Assembly: GCA_030265395.1 (NCBI GenBank)
Contig: JARFYF010000104.1
Span: 86,286,833 to 86,350,832, forward strand
Source of the DNA: Rhina ancylostomus
Taxonomy: Eukaryota
Reading direction: 5' to 3'
DNA length: 64,000 nt
Below are positions 39,856 to 51,100 of the stretch, one piece after another. The position numbers were made by a program, and so were the translations under genes. The first letter of the stretch is position 1, and each line of letters begins with the position of its first letter. Below the pieces are notes generated by a model that worked only from the letters and a program-made list of their open reading frames with translations, was not told the origin of the DNA and did not search any database.

Positions 39856-40633
39856 GTTAGTATGCTTAGAGAATCTTTTAACCAGTTCGTCTGTCCCCCA
39901 CCCCACCCCCTTTTCTTAATTGTCCCTCCTTCACAGTTTGCATGCCCTGCATGGGTTCAGTGTTGAAAGCTTGTTCCCCTCCTTCCCCTTTTTTTTGATG
40001 ACTTTCTTCTCTCTTTATTGCAACAAGACAATGCAATAACTCTTGCATGGTGTGCCAGATTTTTATTCTGTGCAGTGCTGGATATTCTCCTTGATACAAG
40101 TGTATTGAGCTGGGATATCCAGCAGGTAGAATGCTTTTGCTGTCTTTTAACTGTTATATTGCATTTGCTTCACAGAAAAGAAGCTAATACAAAAATTGTT
40201 TAATAGGGAAGTTGATCTGTTCAGCATTCCAATAAAACTGACTAACGATTTATGGAAACAAAAGCATGAAACTAACTTTTTTTTAATTGGTATGTGAGAG
40301 GGAGGCGGGTTGTTCCAAAATTGAATGGGGTTCCAGTTTTCATGCACTCTAAGAAATGTGTCCGTGACAGCTGAAAATATTGTCACATTGTGACATCCGG
40401 TCCCTCACTTTGGTCAAATCCAGGCCTCTATCTGCCTGCATCACTGCTTTGAACAGAAATAGATCTGTCCGGAGCATATTTACGTGTCCTTGTATTTTTA
40501 ATGTTGTCCTTTTCATTAAAGTCCGCCACCAACATTTATGTCGCTGAGTATATTTGGTTGTGTTTGCTGTCTGCTGCTGTCAATATTTTAGCAACCCTAA
40601 CATGAAGAAATGATGTCATTTTCATTATTTTGA

Positions 40634-40810
40634 GGGACTGAATGGCACAGTGGATTCGATATGCTGTTCACTTCTGGAATCAGGTTTTGGATTCAACCCA
40701 GATTGATGGGATCATATTCTGCACTGCAGTCCATGAGAAAGAAATTATATTGATGTGGGGTTGCTCAAGACTGAGGTGTTCCAAAACTCAGTGCAGCCAA
40801 TAAACCATGT
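40634..40810 (+). mobile_element. Ancient tRNA-derived SINE head resembling LF-SINE
   Basis: gggactgaatggcacagtggatt..ttcacttctggaatcaggttttggattcaacccagatt resembles, from memory, the LF-SINE 5' end GGGACTGGATGGCTCAGTGGATT..TTCACCTCTAGG..GGTTCAAATCCAGCCCAGGT. Confidence 0.45.
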
Positions 40811-41069
40811 TTTGATGCATTGTCACTGTTTTCAGATTGTATAATATTTACAGCACATGAGGAGGCCTTTTGGCCTGTTGTGCCTGTATCAGTAATGTAG
40901 AAGATGTGACTGAAAGTTAGTGCATGGCTGGATCACACCAATATCAAGGAAGCAAATAACTAGATTATCTTTGAATGTTTGTTTATGGAAAAAAAATGTG
41001 ACCTAGATACCAAATGACATTGCACGATTTTGTTTGAATCATTCCTGAGTATCATTTACATTCAACATA

Positions 41070-41245
41070 TAAGATCAGCTCTCAGCTTAACATCACATAC
41101 GAAAGATATCATCTCTTGTGCAACAGTCACTCAGAACCCCACTGTAGTGTCAACCCAGATTTTCTGGTCAATTCCCTGTAATGAGCCTTGAACCCACAAC
41201 CTTATGACTTGGAGGTAAACTCACTACGACACTACTAAAGACAGC
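41070..41245 (-). mobile_element. DeuSINE (SacSINE1-like) tRNA head and Deu domain
   Basis: Reverse complement: agtcataaggttgtgggttcaag..aaaatctgggttgacactacagtggggttctgagtgactgttgcac..tctttcgtatgtgatgttaagctgag. Confidence 0.7.
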
Positions 41246-41287
41246 CTCTGCCTTTTATATTAGTGATATTAGGTCCTGGGTAAAAAG

Positions 41288-41392
41288 GACCTAGAAACAT
41301 CAACTATCCCTTTGCCTCCTGACCAGATGAGTTCCTCCAGCAGCTCGTTTTTTGCTCCAGTTTCCTGCATCTGCAGTCTTTTGTGTCTCCTG
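41288..41392 (+). mobile_element. Penelope-like 3' terminal fragment, 5'-truncated inside the hammerhead
   Basis: gacctagaaacatcaactat..gagttcctccagcagctcgtttttgctccag..catctgcagtcttttgtgtctc. Confidence 0.7.
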
Positions 41393-41769
41393 AGTAAAGG
41401 ATTGTTGGACAGTTTAATTTGAAGATCCGTTATGAATGCATAATCTAAATGAACACAAAACTATCAAAAAGTAACGATTCTCACCCGATCCCACATTTTT
41501 ACACTTCTTGGTGGAACTCACCAGAACCTGTTGGTATACTTAAAGAACATCATTGAGATGGCTGACTTGAGCGTAGTTTCTTTCCTTCCAAATCAAATTA
41601 TTATTCTCTTAATTGTCTTATCTCTTGTGCACGTCAGTAGTGTTTTGTTCTTCCACATAAATATATGTCTACTGGTACCATAAACCTCTTTATTGCCTTG
41701 GCTAAGTGATTCTACACAGTCAGTGCCAATGTTGGATCTGATATCCAAATCAAACTTGTTCTCAGCCAA

Positions 41770-42400
41770 CTTGAAAAACACAATGATGCTGTGGGAACTC
41801 AGCAGGCCAGGCATCATCTGTGGAGAAAAGCAGGCAGTCAACATTTCGGGTCAGGACCCTTCTTCAGGACTGAAAATAGGAAAAAGGGAAGCCCGATATA
41901 TAGGAGGAAAAGCAGAGCAGAGATAGGTGGACTAAAGGGAGGAGGCAGGGTGGGCACAAGGGGGTGATAGGTAGNNNNNNNNNNNNNNNNNNNNNNNNNN
42001 NNNNNNNNNNNNNNNNNNNNNNNNNNNNNNNNNNNNNNNNNNNNNNNNNNNNNNNNNNNNNNNNNNNNNNNNNNTATAGGAGGAAAAGCAGAGCAGAGAT
42101 AGGTGGACTAAAGGGAGGAGGCAGGGTGGGCACAAGGGGGTGATAGGTAGATGCAGGTAAGAGAGAGTGATAGGTGCGGGGGAGGAAGGGAGAGCAGATC
42201 CATCGGGGATGGGTGGAAGGTAAGGAGAGAGAAAAAAAAGGCTAGGAAAGGGAAGAAGCAAAGAAGCATCATGGTGGGGGTGGGAGAGGAGAGGAGTTTG
42301 TGGGGATGACCTAAAGTGGGAGAATTCAATATTCATGCTTTAGGCTGCGAGGTTCCAAGGTGGAAAATGAGGTGCTGTTCCTCCAGTTTGCGCTTGGAAA
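41770..42400 (-). mobile_element. Penelope-like retroelement 3' end (GIY-YIG C-terminus plus 3' UTR/pLTR)
   Basis: Minus strand encodes SKRKLEEQHLIFHLGTSQP/MNIEFSHFR (Penelope endonuclease C-terminal motif), then a pyrimidine-rich UTR, a hammerhead core and the terminal gatgcctggcctgctgagttcccacagc repeat. Confidence 0.88.
41835..41872 (-). ncRNA. Minimal type-I hammerhead ribozyme motif (Penelope-associated)
   Basis: Minus strand: CAGUC-CUGAAGA-A-GGGU(CCUG)ACCC-GAAA-UGUU^GACUG. Perfect 5-bp stem I, 4-bp stem II, loopless stem III (AUGU, probably CpG-decayed ACGU). Predicted cleavage between 41840 and 41839. Confidence 0.65.
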
Positions 42401-45280
42401 CTGAAATTGGAAATTGTTCTCAGCCATCTCACACAGGTGCGCCTTCTAGTAAGGATCAGGGGCAAGCAGCCCAGCCCATCTTTTTCCGCTTTTCCCAGCT
42501 TCTTCCCTTGACACCAAAGCTTCAGCTAATTATTACTCTTCCATTTGTCATCAGCTATCGGCTAAGTCAGCATGTGCAACTTCATCCTAGAACCTACACA
42601 GTCCTTTTGACTTTAAAAAATGAGCTAAAATTTAGCTTGATTTTTAAAATTTAAGCTCTCTTGTCTGCTCTTTTGTGACAATTCTGTCTTTCAATGCTTC
42701 CAACCAAAGCAGCAAAGATGCAACTCCCTTTACTAACTTCAAGGCACACGATCAAAAGGACGGGTGCTATTGGTGGGGTTTCATGTTACGTTTATGAATG
42801 TCTCTTCCTCCCAAGAAGGTGGCCTCCTGCTCCCCCAAAGATGGGAGTCAACCCAAAAACTGCAGTCACTCATCAAAACACAGAAGAATCATGTGTTTCA
42901 AGTAAAATGGTACCTCACACCACAGGGAAAAATCTAACCTGGGCACCAGTTTGTAGTGCATTTCCCTGCAGTTGGCGAAGAAAGCCCACTTTAATTTTTA
43001 AAAAAAGGCTGCAGTGTTAAATAATCTCAGTGCTAAAATAGGAAAGTGGAATTTTGTGATCAGAATGTACATCAGTGATGGGCTCCGGATTCAAATTTAT
43101 CATTAGTCCCAATATTAAGCTAATGTTGAGGAGTTCTTGCAAATTCTGTAATCTCAGACAATCCTTATCTGGATGGAGGTGGCTATTATTGGCTATTACA
43201 CACAGCTACTTCCATTTTTAATCATGTAGCCAAACATCTCTGAGCACATGTTGGAATGAGAGGTGGAAATCGAGTGGAATGTCATAGAATTTGGGGAGGA
43301 GTAAAGACATGAATAAAAGTGCAGGTTTTTAGTGTGGTATTAATAGCAGAGAGTATTAATACCACACTAATTAATTACTCTGTGGTAATTAGTAACAGAA
43401 TGAATCTGAAAGTTAAAAATGAGGGGAGCATAAGACAGGAGATTGGAGAAAATGAGGAATAAAGAATAATTGTATGATATGGTAGGGAAGTTGGAAGCTG
43501 ATAACAAATACTGGGGAATGAATGCAGTACAGGGTTGAAAGTCANNNNNNNNNNNNNNNNNNNNNNNNNNNNNNNNNNNNNNNNNNNNNNNNNNNNNNNN
43601 NNNNNNNNNNNNNNNNNNNNNNNNNNNNNNNNNNNNNNNNNNNNTGAATGCATTACAGGGTTGAAAGTCAGTTTTGAAAATGATCTGGTGCTTAGAAAAA
43701 TCAGTGGATCTTGGTGAAGGCAAGATTTGTAACTACTGAATATTTAGCAAAGGACAATGTCTGCTGCACTGTTGTTCAAGTGGGTCAAGTTTTTGAAGGT
43801 TTTAGTTAAAAACAAACATTGCCAACATGTTACATACTGAAAGGATTAAATTAGAAATGTAATTCATATATTACTAAATAAATACAGAAAGTATAAAATG
43901 ACGATTGAGTTTACAAATTCAGAGATTTCTACATGAAAGCTCTGCGTTTTAGATTATTCCATCTGTCAATCTGTTGAAAAGATCATCCTTGGTAAAGTAA
44001 TACAGTGGATTAACTGTGATTAATAGCACTACAAGTGCTATTGTGAAAAGAAATCCCTGTTATATCTCAAAATATTATTAAAAGCGTTCAGTGGAAAATA
44101 TTTAATATTTTGCTAATATGTAGAAGTGTTAACCAGAGGAAATCATCTTTTGGGTCTCTTAAGTTTTGGCAATGGCCTCACCTAGATAAGGCAAGATTTA
44201 AAATTAATAGAGACCTTCCCAGACTCAGTGTCATTTGTTGTTGTTCAAATGGAAAATACCACTTTATAAAATATTGCATAGGCTGGTAACTGAGACAAAG
44301 ATTCCATTTGCCAAGTAAGGAAAATTCGTGTAACTGAAGTTTCTCCTGTTGACATTTGTGTAGAAGTAAATATGGGAATTGTCCCTCCTCCTGGAGCTGT
44401 TGTCTTTCGAAGCCTGAGATAGAAACAGAAAACAGATCCTACCCTACATTTGTGGCTTCCACTTCCAGAGACAGCAATGAAAACAGACGTTCGAAGATTT
44501 TACAGCCAGTAATACACATTTTGCCATCTATGCAACAAATGGAGAATATTTATATTAGTTCCTCATTTCCACAGTCAAGTTTGGATGAAGAAATACACTC
44601 ACTGTGCCATTCGGCTGTTGCCAGTTTCTGTCTGGGTACAAAGAAAGGTCCTTGTGATCACATTAGCAGCAACTCAGTGAGATACTCTGTTGGTTTTCTC
44701 ATGCAGTTTGATTATTTATGCAAACAAAATCATAAACATTGAATTTGAATAGTTTCAATTGCTTCAATTTGTTGGAATAAATTTAATCTAAAATCCTCCA
44801 TATTAGGTATGTGATTCCAATCTGTCAGCAGCATACACAATAGCCAATTTTAAAATAATTCTAAATAATCTGATGAGAAAGCCAACAGTGGATGTGGTGC
44901 ATGAAATCATTTATTTTTTAATTTGTTGAGCAAACTATACAGAAATTAGTTAGCTCCTTGGCATTAAATGTCTGGCTTGTAAGCTGAAATATTGCTTTAC
45001 CTGCAGTAATTGAAGCTCCTTATGTCCTCCTCCCAGCCACTGCTTTTGATTTGCATTTGTCTTTCATTAAATACCATGAAAGATTTTCACGTTGTAAAGA
45101 AAACAAGAAATTTGAAGTGCTTTGTCAGTGGTTAGAAGGTGAATTGCCAGTGTGGTGATGAAATGTGTTTGGCCAAGGAGCTTAGCTGACCTGTAATTGT
45201 GACTAAGGTACTGAGGAACATTCTTTCCGTTGGCTTTTGCTGTAACAGCATTGCTTTCTCTCTTTGTTCTGTCCAAATAG

Positions 45281-45399
45281 ATGACACCATCCATGAAGCT
45301 GAGCCATCGCGAGGTGAGAATGATGCTCAAACACCCAGGATATCCCCGCTACTTTTGGCGACTGTACTATTCCTTTTCTTGATGCTTTCAACATTGTAG
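45281..45399 (+). CDS. efna5: Ephrin-A5 terminal coding exon 5 (GPI-anchor signal, stop codon)
   Basis: Acceptor ctttgttctgtccaaatag|. Encodes (D)DTIHEAEPSRGENDAQTPRISPLLLATVLFLFLMLSTL*, compared with human DDTVHESAEPSRGENAAQTPRIPSRLLAILLFLLAMLLTL (one residue shorter here). Hydrophobic C-terminal GPI signal with probable omega site at N in GEN-D-A. Confidence 0.96.
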
Positions 45400-47866
45400 T
45401 GCTCAAAGATACAAGGAACCTCTGACACAGCATGGCTGGATCAGGAAACATCGCAAATTCTGTAACTGCACTGTTGAAGAGGGGGACATTCCGTTTTATC
45501 CAGGCATAAGATTTATTTTCTGTCCGGAGAGTAAAGAGTGATTTAAGAGGGATGATGTGTCCAAACTGATAAACTCCTGCAAAAATGCCAAATTATATTT
45601 TGAGACTAATGATTCTTATTTTCCTGTGCATTTCTTCTTTCAAAGTACCCTTAGGTGGTTTGGCTTTTGTCATCCAAGTGCAGATGAGAAACAGTAGTGG
45701 CGGATGCACTGACTGAAGAATAAGAATATTGAGCAGAAGCCCAAGAGGGTTTTAGTCCTCCATGCAATATTTATATGTTATCACTCAATACCGTAAGATG
45801 ATCACGCAAGGCATCGAGTCACCATGTCAGAACTTTAGGGGAGATATTACAAATGGATATAACCCCATCCCTCTTGGGACTTATAATTGAACATGTGTCT
45901 GAAGAGAGAGTTCTTGTGCTTGTGCAGTAGCTAATATGGTCTGTAACATTTTGTATTTTCCACACATGTCCTGTTTCATGGGCTCTTAGCAGGGCTTTGC
46001 ATTTTTTGTAGGAGATACGTGTACTTTAAATAGCCTTTGAAAAATTTTGGAATCACCACAGAGCTGAAGAGTGGTGCACTTTGCAATAGGCTATGAGCTT
46101 CATGCTGAACCATGTGAAAAACACAAATATAAAGGTAGATTAGAAATGCTGGTTTCATTTGTAATATGGATAGTTTTCATGTGAATAAGGATAGGCATTG
46201 TGAATAACATAACAGTTTGCAATTTATTTTAACACCATATTCTACAAGTGAAAAGCTAATGAACTGAGAATGTAAAATACTGCATCATTTTTATTTCCTG
46301 TAGAACTGGATTGCAATCCAACTCTGTAATAGTGATGTAACAATTGCATTTTGTTTTTCTGTCAGCTGTTAGCAACACTATTTCTGGCTGTTTAGGCAAG
46401 CCATTGCCAAGATATTTTGATAATGAATAGACTCAATATGAAACTATTACCATTACATACTTGGAGGATTCTAACATAAACTGGAGGCCCCTGATGTTAT
46501 TGGAGAACATTTGAGACCAACAACTTTTTGCTTGTTTGTTTTTAGTTGCCTTTTTTAAAGCAGGGAAATAAGGATCAGTCTGTTCAGTGGATACTGTGTA
46601 TCCTGTAATAGTCTATAACAGTAGTGTTAGCTTAGTACATTGATTTGTACCTTTTATTGGAGGGCAAAAGGAAAAAAATACATTGTTTAAATTCTGTATT
46701 ATTAGCAACCTATGTTGTAAATAGTGTTTGATAAAGTATTAATTCCAATTCTTACATCTTTTATAATTGAATACAATAGAATTTCTGGATTTGATTGAGC
46801 AGTTTAAGCAAACAGATCTATGTTGGAACGGAAGATGTGCTTCAACAGTACTGATCTCGGCTGACACGAATTGTGCAAATGCTATAGACAGCCGGCAGCA
46901 CAGAACTGGGTGCAGCCTGCAAACTGCTTATTCTCGATGAACAGAAGGGAGCAAAAAAAATACTGACTTGACATTCAACGTATTGCTCCTAAATGTTTAT
47001 GAGGTGATGTGGATTTCTGATCGCGAAGCCATGTGTGAAGAGGCATGTTGGTTCTGAAAGTCGATTGATTGGTGTTCCTGATTATTTTTTCCTGCCCGGA
47101 AATGAAGTGAATATTTTATGGAAAGACCTTGCCAGCATCATTGTGGCATGCGCATGGACTCGAGTAAGAAAAAGAAAGTTTGTCCGGTATAGTTTAGTAA
47201 ATTTTGTCTCCTGTTTTTCTCCCTCTTTGTGTGGAAGCGGCTCCTTCCAGGGACAGAAGTCGGGGTGCACTATACCTGTCAGCAACCAGTCACACTTTAC
47301 TGACCCACCTTGCAATGTGGAATGGAAATGGTTCTATAAATTTAGAAGCATAGAAATTTATTCACTCCACGTAGATCAGCTGTTCCCTGCTTTCATCCAA
47401 GCCTTCATTGAGCGGTGAATGGGTAAATCTGTTCTATTTGGCAACTCCGAGTTTTTCCCATGCATTAGCCCCCAAACTGTTCTGATGCGTGACGAATCTT
47501 CTTACAATAGCGTTGCTGCCATTGTCTGTACAGTTTAATAAATGCTGGCATGCTGAAGGTTACTCATGGAGTCTGCTAAATCTGTTTTAGATGCTTACTC
47601 TTGACACTCCGTCAGAGTCACTCATTGTTTGTGCGTCTGGATATTAGAGTCCAGCCATTGTTGTCCTGTGCCTGTACTGCCCTGCTCAAGAACCGCTTGA
47701 AATGCAGATTCTTTGCACTTATTGAAGAGTGCTTTTTTGACATGCTTATAAGAGAAAGAAACAAACCTATGGTCTTCTGCCATGTGGATACTCTATACAT
47801 CTGTTTTGTATATACACGTGTCTGAGCAACTATACATAAATAAAACTAAAGATGTTCATCATTACA
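45400..47866 (+). other. efna5: Probable efna5 3' UTR (~2.5 kb)
   Basis: No recognised repeats; AU-rich stretch from the stop codon to the AATAAA at 47839-47844. An alternative AATAAA is at 47537-47542. The 3' end is inferred, not observed. Confidence 0.6.
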
Positions 47867-47882
47867 ATGTTCTGTGTCTTTA
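47839..47882 (+). terminator. Probable polyadenylation signal of efna5
   Basis: AATAAA at 47839-47844, a CA about 20 nt downstream, then a GU/U-rich element (tgttctgtgtcttt); TGTA upstream at 47807. Confidence 0.6.
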
Positions 47883-48239
47883 GCCTTTAAAAGTTGGGAG
47901 ATAATGTTTCAAAGGGCAAAGGACCTCATCTTAAATGTTCAGAAAATAGCATGTTTTATTGCGAGTATCCTCGGGTATCCTCGGGTATTTTGTACAAACT
48001 AAATCCCATGACATGCATTCAAAAGTGAAATTTCAGCAAGAAAGACTTAGNNNNNNNNNNNNNNNNNNNNNNNNNNNNNNNNNNNNNNNNNNNNNNNNNN
48101 NNNNNNNNNNNNNNNNNNNNNNNNNNNNNNNNNNNNNNNNNNNNNNNNNNTAATACTTTTCTGGAAATATATTACCTGCTACACAATTCAATTCAAACGG
48201 AGTGGTCCTGACATTTAAAAAATGAACAGGGCGCGGACG

Positions 48240-50250
48240 CGACTCATGGTCAAAGGTAGTTTATTACATACGGCGCTAATCTGGAATATGGTCAATTCTA
48301 CCACAGCACCTATAAAATGCATAAGAAAAAATATGCCCATGAAAGTGGGAAAGCAACGGAACGGTTTGATATCCTTCCATTCTCGCATCTGAATCCGGCG
48401 AGATCCAATTGCTTGGAAATTCCATTTGGGTGCTGGCCCTGGTGTGGACTCGGTGATCAAGGGTTTCCAGCACAAAATTGCCCTGCACCTTTACACCGAC
48501 GCCAAGTCTTGCAGAGATGAAAAAAAATCGCTCTGGTGTAGAGGAGAAAGTTTGCTATCTGTTGTAGTGCTCCCTGATTCCAGATCGCCCGGCTTCAAAC
48601 ACTGGGGATTGGATGGAAGATGATTTAATTTCTCAGCACTCACCTGACGGCCTGAACACGACAAAAACCACTGGACAGTGAACTCGAAACTCCTTCTGAA
48701 CGTGTAAACTTTAAACTCGGTTGTTCATTCAATATCGTGCCTCGTCGTTATACATACGTTACGATAATTTACAGCAAGATATTAAATGTTGATCTTAATG
48801 TTCTGTAATAAAACACGAGCTACTGAAATTGTACCCTTTGCAAGATGGGATTAGGTTATAACTGCAGAGTATTAAAATGTAAAATGAATCTCGAGTGGCC
48901 GTCTTGCATCGTAGACAAAACCCAGGGTTGTTTTCACGTACTGTACATTGCAGAGTCAGTATGTCCCCAAAATCAGCGGCGTTTCCATTTATCAAAAGAC
49001 TAAAGGCACTATTTTTCACCCTTAATGAATCGGTTATATTTTGTTATTTATCGAAATAGCTAATTAACACAAATATGATTATTATAGATTAAAAAAAGAA
49101 AATATCTTAACTATAGGTTGTTCCTTAAATACTATAGGGCAAAACTACTCCCCCCCCCAAGACAACTTGACGTTAGCTCTTGATTTCAAAACCAAGTTCT
49201 CACACACAAGCCCTATGAGACCCCAGGGCGAATTTATAACGTGTTTTGAGGTCATATAATTTTTAAAAAATAAGTTGTCTTCAATCTTGATACGGAGAGC
49301 AAGGGCGGAATGGCAGATCGAAAGGTGAACAGCGCAAAGAAAATCGATCATTCTAAATAATCACTCATTTTTTTCGACGGGGAGAGGCAACATTAACGTT
49401 GTTCGGCTTTATTGTATTTGAAGTGGTGAATATTAGTGGAATTTCCAGTGGTTAATGTTTTGGAGTAAAAGTACCTCTTTTTACTTGTGTTCATCTTTAC
49501 CTCCCTAACATCTGTAACTAAATAAAACGATACAAGTCATCATTACTATCTGCCCACCCATGGCCCAGAATTTGGATCGGAACCCTGTTCATTCGCAGAA
49601 AATAAAATATGCATTCAAGTTCGCACCAAATAGGACAGCAAATAAAATATACTTTACGCAACGTAAACAATGATAGCTGGCGATAGGAAAGGAATATTAA
49701 ATTTTACAAATCAGGTCATTTTCAACTTTTCCTCTCAAAGATCAGACGGGCTCTCTGAAGTTTTTAGATACTTGATTGCATTCCACTTGACTTGCAGTAA
49801 TATGACTTTCTTAACATGGACACGTTCCGCACGAAGTCTGAAGCCACCGTGTATACTCATCAGAATTTTTGGTTCATAAATGGGTTACTAGCAGATAGAA
49901 TATGAACCAGGAACTCCTGGGAAAGCCAATCCATTTCTTCATTCCAATAACTGCTGATGGGATAAATCCCGAAATTTGCGTAGAGTAACTCACAGGTCTT
50001 ATTTAGGTAGGGTTCCCTCCTCTACAGATTTTCAGACACACCGGTAAAATTTATTCAAGGGATTGGGTCAGAAGAAGTTACTTGTACAACTGAGTCTCCC
50101 AGGCGAATGGTCGGTGAACATATACACCATTGTGTCCTCTCCAGCCTTTTTCTCTCCCGAGAGCTCTTCAGTAACTGCATTTCTTTTTGGTAGCATCATT
50201 TGGCAAAACCCCAGTGTGTCATTTCCACGAAACACGACCTTTTTTTTCAG
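48240..50250 (-). ncRNA. Putative spliced non-coding transcript convergent with efna5 (candidate exons 50250-49994, 48802 or 48861-48644, 48532-~48240)
   Basis: Minus-strand acceptor tcttatacttcctgtattag|50250; donor 49994|gtgagt; acceptor gtgttttattacag|48802; donor CAG 48644|gtgagt; acceptor ctttctcctctacaccag|48532; AATAAA at 48265-48260. No continuous ORF. Confidence 0.4.
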
Positions 50251-50879
50251 CTAATACAGGAAGTATAAGACAAAACATAGAGGGTAGATATGTCAAAGAT
50301 AAACGCCGGCAAGACTTCGTTTACATTATTCTGTGTATAAATATTGTATACACACACACACACAATATGGGATAAGATTAACAATTTGTGATGATTCATC
50401 TGAGCAGATGCGTACTGGTAGGTTAGGAAGCGTGACTATATTTGATTCAGGTGATACAGGACATCTTGGAGTCATGTCACTTCAGTTCCGTGACTTTTCA
50501 CGAGAATTGCAAATCCTTTCCAGCCCCCTAGATATCACTCGCGTATAAAGTTCTGATCGCCCCGGAATGAGATGTGGGAGATCACGCAGCCGCGGTGACA
50601 TTAAGCCCAATTCAGATCAAAATCAGAGGTAAAATCGTGCTCAGCAGAAATGAGACCAGTCGGAGGCGTGATAACAACACGCTCAATTAGCCGGAATTCC
50701 TGAACATCACTCGTGGGAAAGAAAATAAAGTGGAGGTAGGCAAAGCAAACAGCCCAGGTTTGGAAGACAAATCATTTGGTGCACACGCCTTAACGGCAGT
50801 TGATAACCATCTTGACAGTAGGAAAGGGTCCGCTGAAGGGTGGGTGTTTCACAGGTCACCCATCAGCTCAGCAAGTGAT

Positions 50880-51100
50880 GCAGCGGAGGGAGAGAGAACG
50901 AAGTGACTGCGGAGCGGATGCCCCGCGGGCCCTCCGAGGTTCAGGTCTCTGTGTCCCGGGGCTCCCGACTCCCTGACCAGGAAGGTTGACAAACTGCACC
51001 GGGAGGGGGCGGTGGAACGGCCGCTAGCGCCGGTGGAACGACCGCTGCGCTGCGCTGCGCTGCGCCAGGTCCGCCCCGTTGTGCAGAGAGCGTTTGTGGC
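50880..51100. promoter_or_regulatory. GC-rich promoter-like core
   Basis: GC boxes GGGGCGG (51006-51012) and CCGCCCC (51071-51077); 16-bp direct repeat cggtggaacg(g/a)ccgct at 51010 and 51031; (GCGCT)n NRF1-like run at 51044-51065. Confidence 0.6.

Noticed and set aside
41899-42150. 76-bp perfect direct repeat on both sides of an N-gap
   Set aside because: Identical sequence flanking a 100-N gap is most simply an unmerged contig overlap, not a real duplication.
43519-43670. 26-bp direct repeat (one mismatch) flanking an N-gap
   Set aside because: Probable assembly overlap or haplotype artefact.
44356-44742. 128-aa plus-strand ORF in intron 4
   Set aside because: Non-ATG start, no recognisable domain or splice context; the same applies to the 127-aa ORF at 47035 inside the 3' UTR.
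47961-47988. 10-bp tandem repeat cg(a/g)gtatcct
   Set aside because: Simple slippage duplication.
48276-48532. ~85-codon minus-strand open frame in the last candidate antisense exon as a protein-coding exon
   Set aside because: When spliced to the upstream candidate exon, the frame meets a stop before any ATG, and no family is recognised. A micropeptide from an internal ATG cannot be excluded.
49495-49530. Possible 11-nt minus-strand micro-exon (ttacag|atgttagggag|gtaaag)
   Set aside because: Too short to distinguish from chance without RNA evidence.
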